From assembly GCF_028641065.1 (NCBI RefSeq), contig NC_073399.1, forward strand, positions 3,038,001 to 3,102,000: DNA of 64,000 nt, read 5' to 3'. Source of the DNA: Leucoraja erinacea. Lineage: Eukaryota. Positions 24,561-36,272 of this stretch are shown here, piece by piece. Under the pieces are notes generated by a model. It searched no databases and was not told where the DNA came from. It worked only from the letters and a program-made list of their open reading frames with translations. Every line of letters begins with the position of its first letter. Position 1 is the first letter of the stretch. The position numbers were made by a program, and so were the translations under genes.

Positions 24561-25354
24561 GTCGAGACTCTTCTTCAGACTCTTCTTCGGAAGTAATTCC
24601 TCTTCCATGATGGGTCCCAACCCAAAATGTCACCTGTCCAGTCTCTCCATAGATGCTGTCCGACGCCCTCCAGCACTTGTGTGTTTGGGTTAAGATTCCA
24701 GCAACAGTACTTTCTTGTGTCTTCATGTTGAAGGAGCATTGCTTTCTGGTAAGGTTTTGTATCGGACACTGTATTGCAGTATTGCAGCAGGGATGCCGTG
24801 CTCCCACCAAATCATCCACGACACCAGTCTTTATCATCATCTCAAAGGAGGCAGCTATCCTTTTCCACGGGACCCAGCTGTGTGAGATTATGTGACCTCG
24901 CCTGTATGGCGAGTGCAGGCATTTATTTGACTATTATGGAGAGGTGGGATGCGGTTCCACCAGGATGAACACAATCCCACTCATACCCCAAGTCCATACT
25001 TGAGCAGTGTTTCAATGTAGCCCTTATCAAGCAATCATCACTCCCAACCTGGGATGTCGAACAAGGGCATGGTCAATGGTAGTGTTGTAGAGTAGAGGGA
25101 TCTAGTACAAGAGCATAATTCCATGAAGGTCGAGTCGCAGGTAGATAAGGTGGTCAAAAAGGCTTTTGGCACGTTGGCCTTCATCAGCCAAAGTAAGTAT
25201 AGAAGTTGGGAGGTCATATTGCAGTTGTATACATTTTTATACAACCCTCTTCTTCCTCTGACACTCTCCATCACTCACTCTCTGACCCTCTATCTCTGAC
25301 CCTCTCTGACCCCCCCCCCCCTCTCTCTATCTCATCTCAGGAGAGGGCATCTTT

Positions 25355-25553
25355 AAATGGGGGATTTAGGGGAGGGCACCTGTAATAGAATAGTTTCTTT
25401 ATTGTCATTGTAACATGAACCATGCACAACAAAATTAAAAAATGGGGGATTTAGGGGAGGGCACCTGTAAAAATGGGGGAATTAGGGGAGGGCACCTGTA
25501 AATGGGGGATTTAGGGGAGGGCACCTGTAAATGGGGGAATTAGGGGAGGGCAC
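25355..25553 (+). repeat. G-rich ~29-bp minisatellite
   Basis: Unit aaatgggggatttaggggagggcacctgt: one copy at ~25355 and four in tandem at ~25440-25553. Confidence 0.9.
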
Positions 25554-25650
25554 AAACGAGGAAGGGTCTCGACCCGTAACGTCACCCACCCGTTCCTTCT
25601 CTCCAGAGATGCTGCCTGTCCCACTGTATACACATATATATATAGACACA

Positions 25651-26060
25651 ATGTGGATTGTCACCTTGTCGTGGTGGAGAAGCTTGTGTGGTCCTGAGAT
25701 CCTGAGAGCGATGCCGTCTGGAGCGATGCTCCTGGTAGGGCCACCCATGGCGGTAAGGTCGAGGGGGAGGTCTCTGACAAAGAGCAATTCAACCAAGACC
25801 TCAACGGTGGAACAGGTGGAGGAGGACGATGGCTGACCTTAGTGGAGCGTCACAATGGCAGGGAAGGCGGATGAAGGCTGCAGCAGAAAAGGGTCTCCGG
25901 TCGTCTTGGACTCCATGCCACTAGATCCTGACCCAGATCTGTCAAGGACCATGTGGGATGGCTGTCTGTGCACCAGTCTCCCCATGTTAAACAAAGTCAC
26001 GCACAGGCGTCCTCCATGAGAGGACAGTCATACTCGTTTCGAGTGACTCCCGATGATGAT
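25651..26060 (+). mobile_element. Short RTE-derived element (RTE/Expander-type 5' region, 3' hairpin, (GAT)n tail)
   Basis: caccttgtcgtggtggag...gtagggccacccatggc...gacaaagagc resembles the conserved 5' region of RTE-clade LINEs; no ORF; ends gatgatgataat. Confidence 0.6.
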
Positions 26061-26881
26061 AATAAGATTGGTGAAGCCACATTCAGAGTATTGTGTTCAG
26101 TTCTGGGCACTGTGTTATAGGAAAGATGTTGCAAGCTGGAAAGTGTAAAGAGAAGATTTACGAGGAAGTTGCCAGGACGAGAAGGTCTGAGCTACAGGCA
26201 GAGGTTGAGTACGCTGGGACATTTTACACATAATGCCAATCAAGATGCCCCATCTAGACTAGTTCCATTTGCCCATGTTTGGCCCATATCTGTCTAAATC
26301 TTTCCTATCCGTGTACCTGTCCAAATGTCGTATAAATGCCTCATTGTAGCTGGCTGAACGACTTTCTCTGGTTGTTCATTTCTCATACCCATCACCTTCA
26401 GCGTGAAAAAGTCAAGCTTCAGTTTCCTATCAATTCTTCCCTCTTAGGAGTTCCATGGTGTCTTAGTAATGCGGCTTTATATGGGGAAGATATTCTCCAT
26501 TTACCATTGTCTAGCCTAACAGAGAAGTTTAAGTGCAGTAAGGTGAGGTCAGAGTTGCAATTATCAGGGAGTAAGGATACCTCCATAGTAATCTGGTTCC
26601 AAGTGTAAATAGAGGGAGGAAGTGGAACTCAAATCAGGCAGTAGAAGATAGAACCTTATGTCCTCTGGTTCTTGATTATCCTATCCTGGGAAAGAGCCTC
26701 TGTACATTCATCCAATCTATTCCACTCATGTTTTTATACACCTCTGTAAGATTACCCCTCAGCCACCTGCTCTCCAAGGAATAAAGACATAACTTGCCCA
26801 ATCTCACCCTATAACTTAAGCCCTCGAGTCCTGGCAAATCCTTGTAAATCTTCTTCAGTCTTTACTTCAGAGATCCTGCAT

Positions 26882-27430
26882 GGAAACATAGAAACATAGA
26901 AATTAGGTGCAGGAGTAGGCCATTCGGCCCTTCGAGCCTGCACCGCCATTCAATATGATCATGGCTGATCATCCAACTCAGTATCCCGTACCTGCCTTCT
27001 CTCCATACCCCCTGATCCCCTTAGCCACAAGGGCCACATCTAACTCCCTCTTAAATATAGCCAATGAACTGGCCTCAACTACCCTGTGTGGCAGAGAGTT
27101 CCAGAGATTCACCACTCTCTGCGTGAAAAAAGTTCTTCTCATCTCGGTTTTAAAGGATTTCCCCCTTATCCTTAAGCTGTGACCCTTGTCCTGGACTTCC
27201 CTAACATCGGGAACAATCTTCCTGCATCTAGCCTGTCCAACCCCTTAAGAATTTTGTAAGTTTCTATAAGATCCCCTCTCAATCTTCTAAATTCTAGAGA
27301 GTATAAACCAAGTCTATCCAGTCTTTCTTCATAAGACAGTCCTGACATCCCAGGAATCAGTCTGGTGAACCGTCTCTGCACTCCCTCTATGGCAATAATG
27401 TCCTTCCTCAGATTTGGAGACCAAAACTGT
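26882..27430 (-). mobile_element. Young CR1 LINE 3' fragment
   Basis: [61 protein letters not shown]; (TTTCTATG)n tail. Confidence 0.96.
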
Positions 27431-27732
27431 AATAGATGGACCTCGGTGGTCATGTGTTATATTGTACCGTAGTTCCTTGTAGTGTATATGTTAACTCCAT
27501 TAGCACTATGCCCTTTGTTAGTTGCACGCACTCTGTTGCAGCTGTGCCGCACCAAAACAGGTCTTTTGGACCCTCATGTTCATCACTCAGCAATAGTAAT
27601 TAATTATAGACGGGTGTTTGGAGCTCTGTATTAACACCACTTTGTGCTAGTGCCGTCCACACAGTTACGGTGGCGCAGCGGTAGAGTTGCTGCCTTACAG
27701 CAGAAAGCAGCGCCGGAGAACCGGGAACCCAA

Positions 27733-28155
27733 CAGTCAAGGGTGTTTTATTGTCATATGGGACAATGAAATTCCTACTTGCTGCAGCACAACAGAACATG
27801 TAGACATAGTACACAACGGGAGTTCAGTGTGCGTGTGTACACATTCAGACATACTCAATAAATAAACAATATAGTGCAATAGTAATAATAATAATAATAA
27901 TAATAGTTTGTTATAGTTGAGCTTATTTGTTGCCGTGTTTAATAGCCTGATGGCTATAGGGTAGAAGCTGTTCCTGAACCTGGACGTTGCAGTTTCAGGT
28001 TCCTGTACATTCATCCCGATGGCAATGAGTGTGCAGCCGGGATGGTGTGGGTCTTTGATGATGATGGCTGCCTTTTTAAGGCAGTGAGTACGATAGATCC
28101 CTTCGATGGTGGAGAGGTCAAAGCCGGTGATGGACTGGACAGTGGTCACAACTTC
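27733..28155 (-). mobile_element. Rex1/Babar-like LINE 3' fragment
   Basis: LSTIEGIYRTHCLKKAAIIIKDPHHPG...TSRFRNSFYPIAIRLLN; internal (AAT)n. Confidence 0.85.
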
Positions 28156-28277
28156 TTCACAGCTTCATAGGTAGGCTTGATGTCAAATTCTCTGTAACTT
28201 GGAGCACATGGTTAGTGCCACAGATGCCTCCCTGTTAGATACTCCAGTACTTGTTGTTATGTTATGTTCGGGGACTT

Positions 28278-28597
28278 AGGGCGGTGCGGTGGCACAGCTG
28301 TAGAGCTATTGCTTTACAGCACCAGAGACCCGGGTTCGATCCTGACCACGGGCGCTTGTCTGTACGGAGTTTGTACCTTCTCCCCTTGACTGCGTGGGTT
28401 TTCTCCAGGTTCCTCGGTTTCCTCCCACACTCCAAAGATGTACAGATATGTAGGTTAATTGGCTTGGTGTAAATGTAAACATTGTATGAGTGTTACGTTG
28501 TCCCTAGTGTGTATAGAGTAGTGTTAATGTGCAGAGATTACTGCTGAGTGTAGACTCAGTGGGCCAATGCCCGTATATCTGTGTTGTATCTCTAGAA
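28278..28597 (+). mobile_element. HE1-like V-SINE
   Basis: Head with B box ggttcgatcc, V core and tail. Confidence 0.9.
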
Positions 28598-29322
28598 CTT
28601 TTTTAAAGCAGTTAAAATTGATCTATAATTTTAGGCAGTTACTTTTAATCAATATGAATATTCAAGATGGGGTGGGGCAGACATTTTATTTAACAACAAT
28701 ATGACATTCAATGTCAATGCACATAAATTAAACCTCACCTACTTTAAATTATTTGGCTTCATTTGGAATGCAATACATTCTTAAGAAAAATACTGAAACA
28801 TCAAATACGACAGTGCCTTCAGGCCGTCTGCTCAAATTATAAATGTTTGTCTGATTCAGATTCAGATTCAGATTCAACTTTAATTGTCATTGTCAGTGTA
28901 CAGTACAGAGACAACGAAATGCTTTGTTGTTGTGTTATGTTCGGGGACATTCCCTTGCATTGTAAATTCCAATTACAAGGAACATTTTTTTAATCAATCA
29001 TTGAATGTGAAATGAAATGGTTGTTAAATGTTCATTGTTAGAAAATTGCATCCTGCCAAGCCTGACAAATTGCATTTAAAATAGAAAGAGTGTATCTTGT
29101 ATTCCATCAAAACAGAACATAGTAATTTGGTTTCATTGAATCTCTTTCCTGCCTACCTCAACCAATCCTTATGTGAAGTCTGATGAGAACCAGCCCCTGA
29201 AATCTGCTTTGAGATATCCACTAATTGGCTTAGATTAACTAATTACAACCTTTACTCTATAATCTTTTGATCACAAAGTAATATTAAATGTATGGCAAGT
29301 TCCAAATGGGATAGTGATACAT

Positions 29323-29427
29323 GTATACAGTGGAGTATGCAGTGGAGTAGGCAGTGGAGTATACAGTGGAGTAGGCAGTGGAGTATACAGTGGAGTATAC
29401 AGTATACAGTGGAGTATGCAGTGGAGT
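29323..29427 (+). repeat. 12-bp satellite (GGAGTATACAGT)n, left part, ~9 units
   Basis: Direct tandem units with variants ggagtatgcagt and ggagtaggcagt. Confidence 0.97.
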
Positions 29428-29700
29428 TTGTTATTTTATGTTGGGGTGTGTGTGTGTGGGGGGGCGGGGGTGGGGTGGGGTGGGGTGGGTGGGTGGGAGG
29501 GAGGGGGAAACTTTTGAATCTCTCCCTGCACTGGAGACCCGACCTTTTCTCGTCGGGTCTCAGTTGTCGTTGGGGCCGCAACGAGGAGCGGCCTCCAACA
29601 GGAAGAAGCCGGGGACTCTGGTGTTACGACTCACTGTCGCCGTCGCGGAGCTGGCCGAGACCGGAGCGGGTGGAGCGGTGGAGGAGCGCTGCCGCTGCCG

Positions 29701-29744
<44 letters not shown>

Positions 29745-30261
29745 GCTGCTGCTGCTGAGTCGGAGGCTGCTACTGCGGGTCTGCGGACGGCGGCGCCGGG
29801 AGCCCGCGGATCCCTGGGGGGAGACTGCTTTTCGGGGCTCCTGCAACGGCGACATCTCCCGCCCGAGTTGCGGGGTCGAAGAGCTCCTGGAGCGGGGCCT
29901 ACATCACTGCCCCGCGCGGCTTGGAATGGCCGCGGGACTCTGCGAGCGCACGCCGGGGTCTCTAACACCAAGACCCGGTGTGGCGACCTCGTACCACCCG
30001 GCGTGGCTTTAATGGCCGCGGGACAATCGCCATCGCCAGCCGGGGCTTTGACTTTGACTCTGACATCGGGGGGGGGGGAGAGTGCAGTGGAGAGATAAGT
30101 TTTTTTGGCCTTCCATCACAGCTATGTGATGGATGTTTATGTAAAATGTAATTATGTTGTGTCTGGGGTCTATTTGTGTGTAATGTATGGCTGCAGAAAC
30201 GGCATTTCATTTGGACCTCCAGGGGTCCAAATGACAATTAAATAGACTATTGACTATTGAT
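29428..30261 (+). mobile_element. GC/CpG-rich non-autonomous retroelement with internal (CTG)n
   Basis: Splits the satellite; CpG-rich body; 3' twin hairpins, aatgacaattaaa and a (GACTATT)n tail; 3' part homologous to 54856-55129. Confidence 0.75.
29689..29757 (+). repeat. (CTG/GCT)n trinucleotide tract
   Basis: About 22 near-perfect GCT units. Confidence 0.97.
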
Positions 30262-30847
30262 TGGAGTATACAGTGGAGTATACGGTGGAGTATACAGTGG
30301 AGTATACAGTGGAGTATACAGTGGTATACAGTGGAGTATACAGTGGAGTACACAGTGGAGTATGCAGTGGAGTATACAGTGGAGTATACAGTGGTATACA
30401 GTGGAGTATACAGTGGAGTATACAGTGGAGTATACAGTGGAGTATACAGTGGAGTATGCAGTGGAGTACACAGTGGAGTATACAGTGGAGTATACAGTGG
30501 GGTATACAGTGGAGTATACAGTGGAGTATACAGTGGAGTATACAGTGGAGTATACAGTGGAGTATGCAGTGGAGTATACAGTGGAGTATACAGTGGAGTA
30601 TACAGTGGAGTAGGCAGTGGAGTATACAGTGGAGTATGCAGTGGAGTATACAGTGGAGTAGGCAGTGGAGTATACAGTGGAGTATGCAGTGGAGTATGCA
30701 GTGGAGTATACAGTGGAGTATACAGTGGAGTATGCAGTGGAGTATGCAGTGGAGTATGCAGTGGAGTATACAGTGGAGTATACAGTGGAGTATACAGTGG
30801 AGTATACAGTGGAGTATACTGTGGAGTAGGCAGTGGAGTATATAGTG
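30262..30847 (+). repeat. 12-bp satellite (GGAGTATACAGT)n, ~49 units
   Basis: Direct tandem repeat; explains the TVEY, YSGV and QWSI pseudo-ORFs. Confidence 0.98.
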
Positions 30848-31073
30848 TTACCACCAGTTTCCCAAATATGAGCTAGATATTCTCATTTCTAAAGTGCATT
30901 AAAATAACACTGCTGTGTCAGTTTTGACAAAGGCTCCTCCACAAGTTACTTTCTGACCTGAATTATTGACCTTGGTTGGAACAGCGATTACAAAGATTTG
31001 CACAGCAGAAACATTTTGAAGAAAATATCAAGGTGTATCTGGGCAGGGTATAATTTTCTCCTACAAAATGACT

Positions 31074-31447
31074 TGATCTTATAGAGGTGTATTAAAACAT
31101 GAGAGGAATAGGCTGGGTAGATGCACACAGTCTCTTGCCCAGAGTAGGGGAATTGAGAACCAGAGGACATAGGTTTAAGGTGAAGGGGGAAAAGTTTAGT
31201 AGGAATCTGAGGGGTAACTTTTCCACACAAAGGGTAGTGGGTGTATGTAGCGAGTTGCCAGAGGAGGTAGTAGAGACGGACTATTGCAATATTTAAGAAA
31301 CAATTCGACAGGTACATAGTAGATAGGTCAGGTTTGGAGGGATATGGGCCAAACATAGGCAGTGGAACTAGTGTAGATGGGACATGTTTTCCGTGGTGAG
31401 CAAGTTGGGCTGAAGGGCCTGTTTCCACACTATATGACTCTATGACT
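31074..31447 (+). mobile_element. CR1 3' fragment (older subfamily)
   Basis: RTRGHRFKVKGEKF..NLRGNF.TQRVVG..ELPEEVVE; ctatatgactctatgact tail. Confidence 0.9.
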
Positions 31448-32022
31448 AAAAGCTTAGAGATTTCATCCAAAGTAAAATCTCTCTGAAGTTTGCCATCCCC
31501 TTTAAGTGCAAGTGACTTTTAATAAAATATTTTTTTCTCTGGAAATGAACAGGAGGAAGCTGGCCGTTAAACGTCTGTGCAAATGAATAGGGCAAACACT
31601 TAAGTGGAGGCAGCTGTACCAGCATGACTCAGTTTGCAGTGTGGACCAAACTGTGCCCCTGTGCAAACTTTCATCACATCCACATTCCCTTGCATTTTTA
31701 GTTTTGAAAGGGGATTGAAAAGGGTGTACAAATTCTTTAGAGGCCTCATATATAAAGTGACTTACATTTTGGTGACAGACTATCCTTGGTAATGAAGAGA
31801 CTCTAATTAACCAATGGCCAGCCTAATTTGTGCCATCTTTCTTGAGAGTAAATACATATTATTGTTGAAGTTAAGCATCCGGTTCAATCTAATCTAATCA
31901 TATTGCATAAAAAATGAGTCTCGATACTAATTATGCAAATTTATGGTAATTTGATGGGAATATGCTTTTATTAAAGCCCCGCAAGGTTCTATGCATTTCC
32001 TGAAATCTAAATCATCCAAATA

Positions 32023-32118
32023 GTCTGAAGAAGGGTTTCGGCCCTAAACGTTGCCTGTTTCCTTCGCTCCATAGATGCTGCCGCACCCGCTGAGTTTCTC
32101 CAGCACTTTTGTCTACCC
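32023..32118 (+). mobile_element. 96-bp single-arm PLE insertion starting at the hammerhead motif, 11-bp TSD
   Basis: Begins gtctgaagaagggtttcggccctaaacgtt; tcatccaaata at 32012-32022 and 32119-32129. Confidence 0.85.
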
Positions 32119-32529
32119 TCATCCAAATATAATACTATTTCTAAGAGTGACTTACTTTACAAAACATCGTGCTTTCTCTGAATGCAACATTCATTTCTCT
32201 CAGCCCTTTCATCATTTTGTTGAATTTAGACCTTTGCTTTCTGCATGACCTCTCTGCTCTCAATTAACAAACAATCTCACAAAGGCTCCGATTTGGATTC
32301 AGGAACTTGAGCTATGTATTAGCATCCTGTTGCAGCTGATTGCCAGCAGGGGAATTTTCTAGTTTATATTCACTTTGAATGTAGTTAATCACCCATTCCA
32401 ATCATACTGCTCAAAAGCAGTCGAGCAGGACCTCCAAGGGCATACACTTTATTACTTAAATGCTACCATTGAGGGAGAAACGGTTTTGGCCGGGGGATGC
32501 CTACAGTGCCTAGAGTTTTCCCTCGTACT

Positions 32530-32735
32530 GAAGTAGGTTCTGCTTCGATGGCCTGACTGACAACACAGTGGCTTTTGTGGGACGGAGAGTGGTGGTGGTG
32601 GTGGTGGCGAGATAAAGCTGGGTTTCATCAGCTAACATATGGAAACTGACCCGATGTGTACAGCCGTCGTGTTCGAGGAGTAATATGTAAACACAGAAAG
32701 GGAGGGAGCCAAGGTCTTTCATCAACGAGGCAGCC
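32530..32735 (-). pseudogene. Ancient L2-like LINE RT remnant
   Basis: LGSLPFCVYILLL...HRVSFHMLADETQLYL resembles the L2 motif LGPLLF..Y..PL...FH.YADDTQLY. Confidence 0.6.
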
Positions 32736-33760
32736 TTCCCTATCAAATGTCAGCCTCCCTCCGCCTTTATAAGAACATGTTAAAGTATGAGAAATATCCA
32801 ACTAAGGGTTTTTTTTTCTCATGGTCCTTATTTTTCTTTTATCATTTCATCTCATCCACCTCAGATCCAACTGCATTCTGAGCACCCCTAATATCTGTAA
32901 CTCAACTGTGTTGCCTGGTTAATTTTAAGGATTTATCCCTCTTTTAGCTATGAATTATTTTGAAATTAGAGTTTAAAAAAGTCCCCTTTCACCAACGTAA
33001 TCTTGTGTTCTCTTGTGGTCTCAATTATTGTGAAATAATCTTCTGAGTTAGCCTCATTCAAGCAATTTAATACTTGCATGTACACAATGCGATGTTTAAA
33101 AGCTGTGGAAATTCATATTTGTTTATTATCGGTGCCTATAATTCATTCATCTATGTTGTTGCATCTTCAGCAATGTAAATATATGAACTTATTGACTTTT
33201 CACACACTTGCAATGTTCTGGCTGGTAGATTTGTAAAGCTTCTTAAGAGTTAGTCTGTCCCCTATCACATATCCTAATATTCTTAACACAGTATATGAAA
33301 CTTACTGGTTTTGGACAATGTTTTACCAAGTGAGATTAAAAGCTTTAAAGAATGCATTGTATATTTATCTGTACTACACACTTTGTACATGGGAGGTACA
33401 CTCACAGTTTTCAAGAACAATCAAAATGGGGCTGTTGCAATTACACTGTTGATGGGTTGAACCAATGTTGAATAAAATTAATTCAAAATACACTACAGCG
33501 GTAATAAATCTAATGTATCAGTGTTTATACTGTTCCAATATGGACATAGCATTGGATAATGGCAGTAGTGAGCTGCTGTACAAGTGGGAAATCTGGCCGC
33601 ACTGTTTGTGCTGAACTCTAACTCTACTGAACCTTTTTCCTTCCATTATTTATTATGTAAAATAATATATGTGTTATGATTGTGTTTATAGTTTGTTTGG
33701 TTGTTTGGTTGTTTTCTTTTGCACAAAAGTCCGCGAGCATTGCCACTTTCACTTGCCACT

Positions 33761-34385
33761 TGAGTATAGGAGCAGGGAGGTTCTACTGCAGTTTTACAGG
33801 GTCTTGGTGAGACCACACCTGGAGTATTGCGTACAGTTTTGGTCTCCAAATCTGAGGAAGGACATTATTGTCATAGAGGGAGTGCAGAGACGGTTCACCA
33901 GACTGATTCCTGGGATGTCAGGACTATGTCTTATGAAGTAAAAGACTGGATAGACACTTGGTTTATACTCTCTAGAATTTAGGAGATTGAGAGGGGATCT
34001 TATAGAAATTTACAAAATTCTTAAGGTGTGGGACAGGCTAGATGCAGGAAGATTGCTCCCGATGTTGGGGAAGTCCAGGACAAGGGGTCACAGCTTAAGG
34101 ATAGGGGGAAATCCTTTAAAACCGAGATGAGAAGAACTTTTTTCACACAGAGAGTGGTGAATCTCTGGAACTCTCTGCCACAGAGGGTAGTTGAGGCCAG
34201 TTCATTGGCTATATTTAAGAGTGAGTTAGATGTGGCCCTTGTGGCTAAGGGGATCAGGGGGTATGGAGAGAAGGCAGGTACGGGATACTGAGTTGGATGA
34301 TCAGCCATGATCATATTGAATGGGGGTGCAGGCTCGAAGGGCCGAATGGCCTACTCCTGCACCTAATTTCTATGTTTGCTATGTT
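33761..34385 (+). mobile_element. Young CR1 3' fragment inserted in a Rex1-type tail (33620-34445)
   Basis: [29 protein letters not shown]...; the host resumes tttcatttcactgcac...gacaaataaa(cttga)n. Confidence 0.95.
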
Positions 34386-35322
34386 TCATTTCACTGCACA
34401 TCTCGTATGTGTATGTGACAAATAAACTTGACTTGACTTGACTTGTGTCACACGGGGTAATCTTCTCACACAAACAACTTCAAGCTGGATGGTCGTGTGT
34501 GTGTGGCAGTTGTAGCTGTCTTGTGGGAAAAGTAAGAACTTTAACCACATTTGCAGTCCACATGAACACACATGATTTACAGCATCCTAACTCCCAGCCA
34601 GTGGTTAAGTCATCCAGTGGAATATGTAACCATGAAAACTAAACAGTTGAACAGCAGGAAACAAAGCACGAGCTTTGGAAATGAGCCAGATATATTGGTG
34701 GCATCAGAAGCGAATGGTATGACTTTGAATATTTTTGGCAAAAACAAGCTTGAGGGATAGATAAATAAATAAAGTTATGAAAATGAAGGGAAACTTTCGT
34801 ATTGGATGGAATGTTAATGCCAATTTGAAAAGCAAATCAATTCTCACATACCGAGAGAAATGCAGACATCCAAGGAGTGTCTCTGAGCAGCCATCAAGGG
34901 AGAAGGCGGCTGATAAAGGATCAATGACAATGAATAAGAGGTGAGATTGAGCTGTGTGCTGTTTGCCTGACCAGTCCCAGTTAACCTGCTCTGTACACAT
35001 TCAAAGACATTCTGATGAAGGGTCTCGACTCCTTCCTTCTCTTCCTTGTGTCTCCAGTTTAAACCAGCATCTGCAGTTTCTTCCAAGACATTATGATTCT
35101 GACCTTTTCTTGAGCATAGCAGGGGAAGGATCCCTCGGGCACTGACAAATCTCACTCCAACATTGGTTGATTTTCAAGATTCAAGATTGGATCACATGTA
35201 CCAATTAAGGTACAGTTAAATTTGAGTTACCATACAGCCATACTAAGTAAAAAGCAAAAATACACACAGCACGTAAAATAAAGTTTAACATAAACATCCA
35301 CACACAGCTCAGAAACTGCCAG

Positions 35323-35475
35323 AAACAACTGATTGCATTTTCATTTCACTTCCATTGCCATTGCAGTTTCAAGCACAGGGCAGGCCAAGCCAAACAGTTC
35401 ATTGCATTTTCATTTCATTTCCATTGTCATTGCAGTTTCAAGCACATGGCAGGCCGAACAGCTCATTGCATTTTA
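35323..35475 (+). repeat. ~65-69-bp tandem repeat, ~2.3 copies
   Basis: attgcattttcatttca(c/t)ttccattg(c/t)cattgcagtttcaagcaca(g/t)ggcaggcc is repeated. Confidence 0.88.
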
Positions 35476-35877
35476 TACTCCTATCACTTATGATCCTATG
35501 ACCTGAGGTCATCTATTGCCAGCCATGATTTGTACCACCATTTTTCACTTCCTGTTTTTTTCCCACTCTCCCCACTACAATCAATCTGTAGAAGGATCCC
35601 GACATGAAATGTCACCTGTGTATTTTCTCCAGAGAAGCTGCCTGTGTTACTCCAGAGTTTCTCCTGAGTTACTTTGGCATTATGTGTCCATCCAAAGAAT
35701 AACCTTGCTCTTGGATGAAAGGACAGGAAGCATCTCTGGAGGATGTGGATAGGCGATGTTTTTAGGTTGGGACCCTTCTACCGACTCGATATGTCCACCA
35801 CAGATACTGCCTGACTCGATGAGTTACTCTGGCACTTTGTGTGTATTCAATGAATCATTGCTCTGGGCATTATTCTT

Positions 35878-36272
35878 TAAACATAGAAACATAGAAACAT
35901 AGAAATTAGGTGCAGGAGTAGGCCATTCGGCCCTTCGAGCCTGCACCGCCATTCAATATGATCATGGCTGATCATCCAACTCAGTATCCCCTACCTGCCT
36001 TCTCTCCATACCCCCTGATCCCCTTAGCCACAAGGGCCACATCTAACTCCCTCTTAAATATAGCCAATTAACTGGCCTCGACTACCCTCTGTGGCAGAGA
36101 GTTCCAGAGATCCACCACTCCCTGTGTGAAAAAAGTTCTTCTCATCTCGTTTTAAAGGATTTCCCCTTTATCCTTAAGCTGTGACCCCTTGTCCTGGACT
36201 TCCCTAACATCGGGAACAATCTTCCTGCATCTAGCCTGTCCAACCCCTTAAGAATTTTGTAAGTTTCTATAA
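35878..36272 (-). mobile_element. Young CR1 3' end
   Basis: (CATAGAAA)n followed by the reverse-complement CR1 tail; near-identical to 26882-27270. Confidence 0.96.

Larger units (their letters stand above)
25055..26220 (+). mobile_element. Old CR1 fragment split by ~830 bp of nested insertions
   Basis: Breaks at gcagttgtata (~25231) and resumes at aagattggtgaagccacattcagagtattg (~26063), which is the [11 protein letters not shown] region. Confidence 0.75.

Noticed and set aside
25355-25553. TTAGGG occurrences as interstitial telomere
   Set aside because: Only single hexamers within a 29-bp unit, not tandem (TTAGGG)n.
26955-27182. Recurrent ORF MIMADHPTQYPVPAFSPYPLIPLATRATSNSLL suggesting a gene family
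   Set aside because: It is the antisense frame of the young CR1 3' end at every occurrence.
28278-28350. tRNA-like sequences with A and B boxes
   Set aside because: They are SINE heads continuing into the V core and do not form a complete cloverleaf.
29292-30098. 268-aa ORF with a poly-Ala tract
   Set aside because: It starts in satellite, crosses a GC-rich insert open in several frames, and shows no recognisable domain or splice context.
30207-30876. Long ORFs (TVEY, YSGV, QWSI and YTPL repeats)
   Set aside because: Read-through of a stop-free 12-bp satellite that is open in several frames on both strands.
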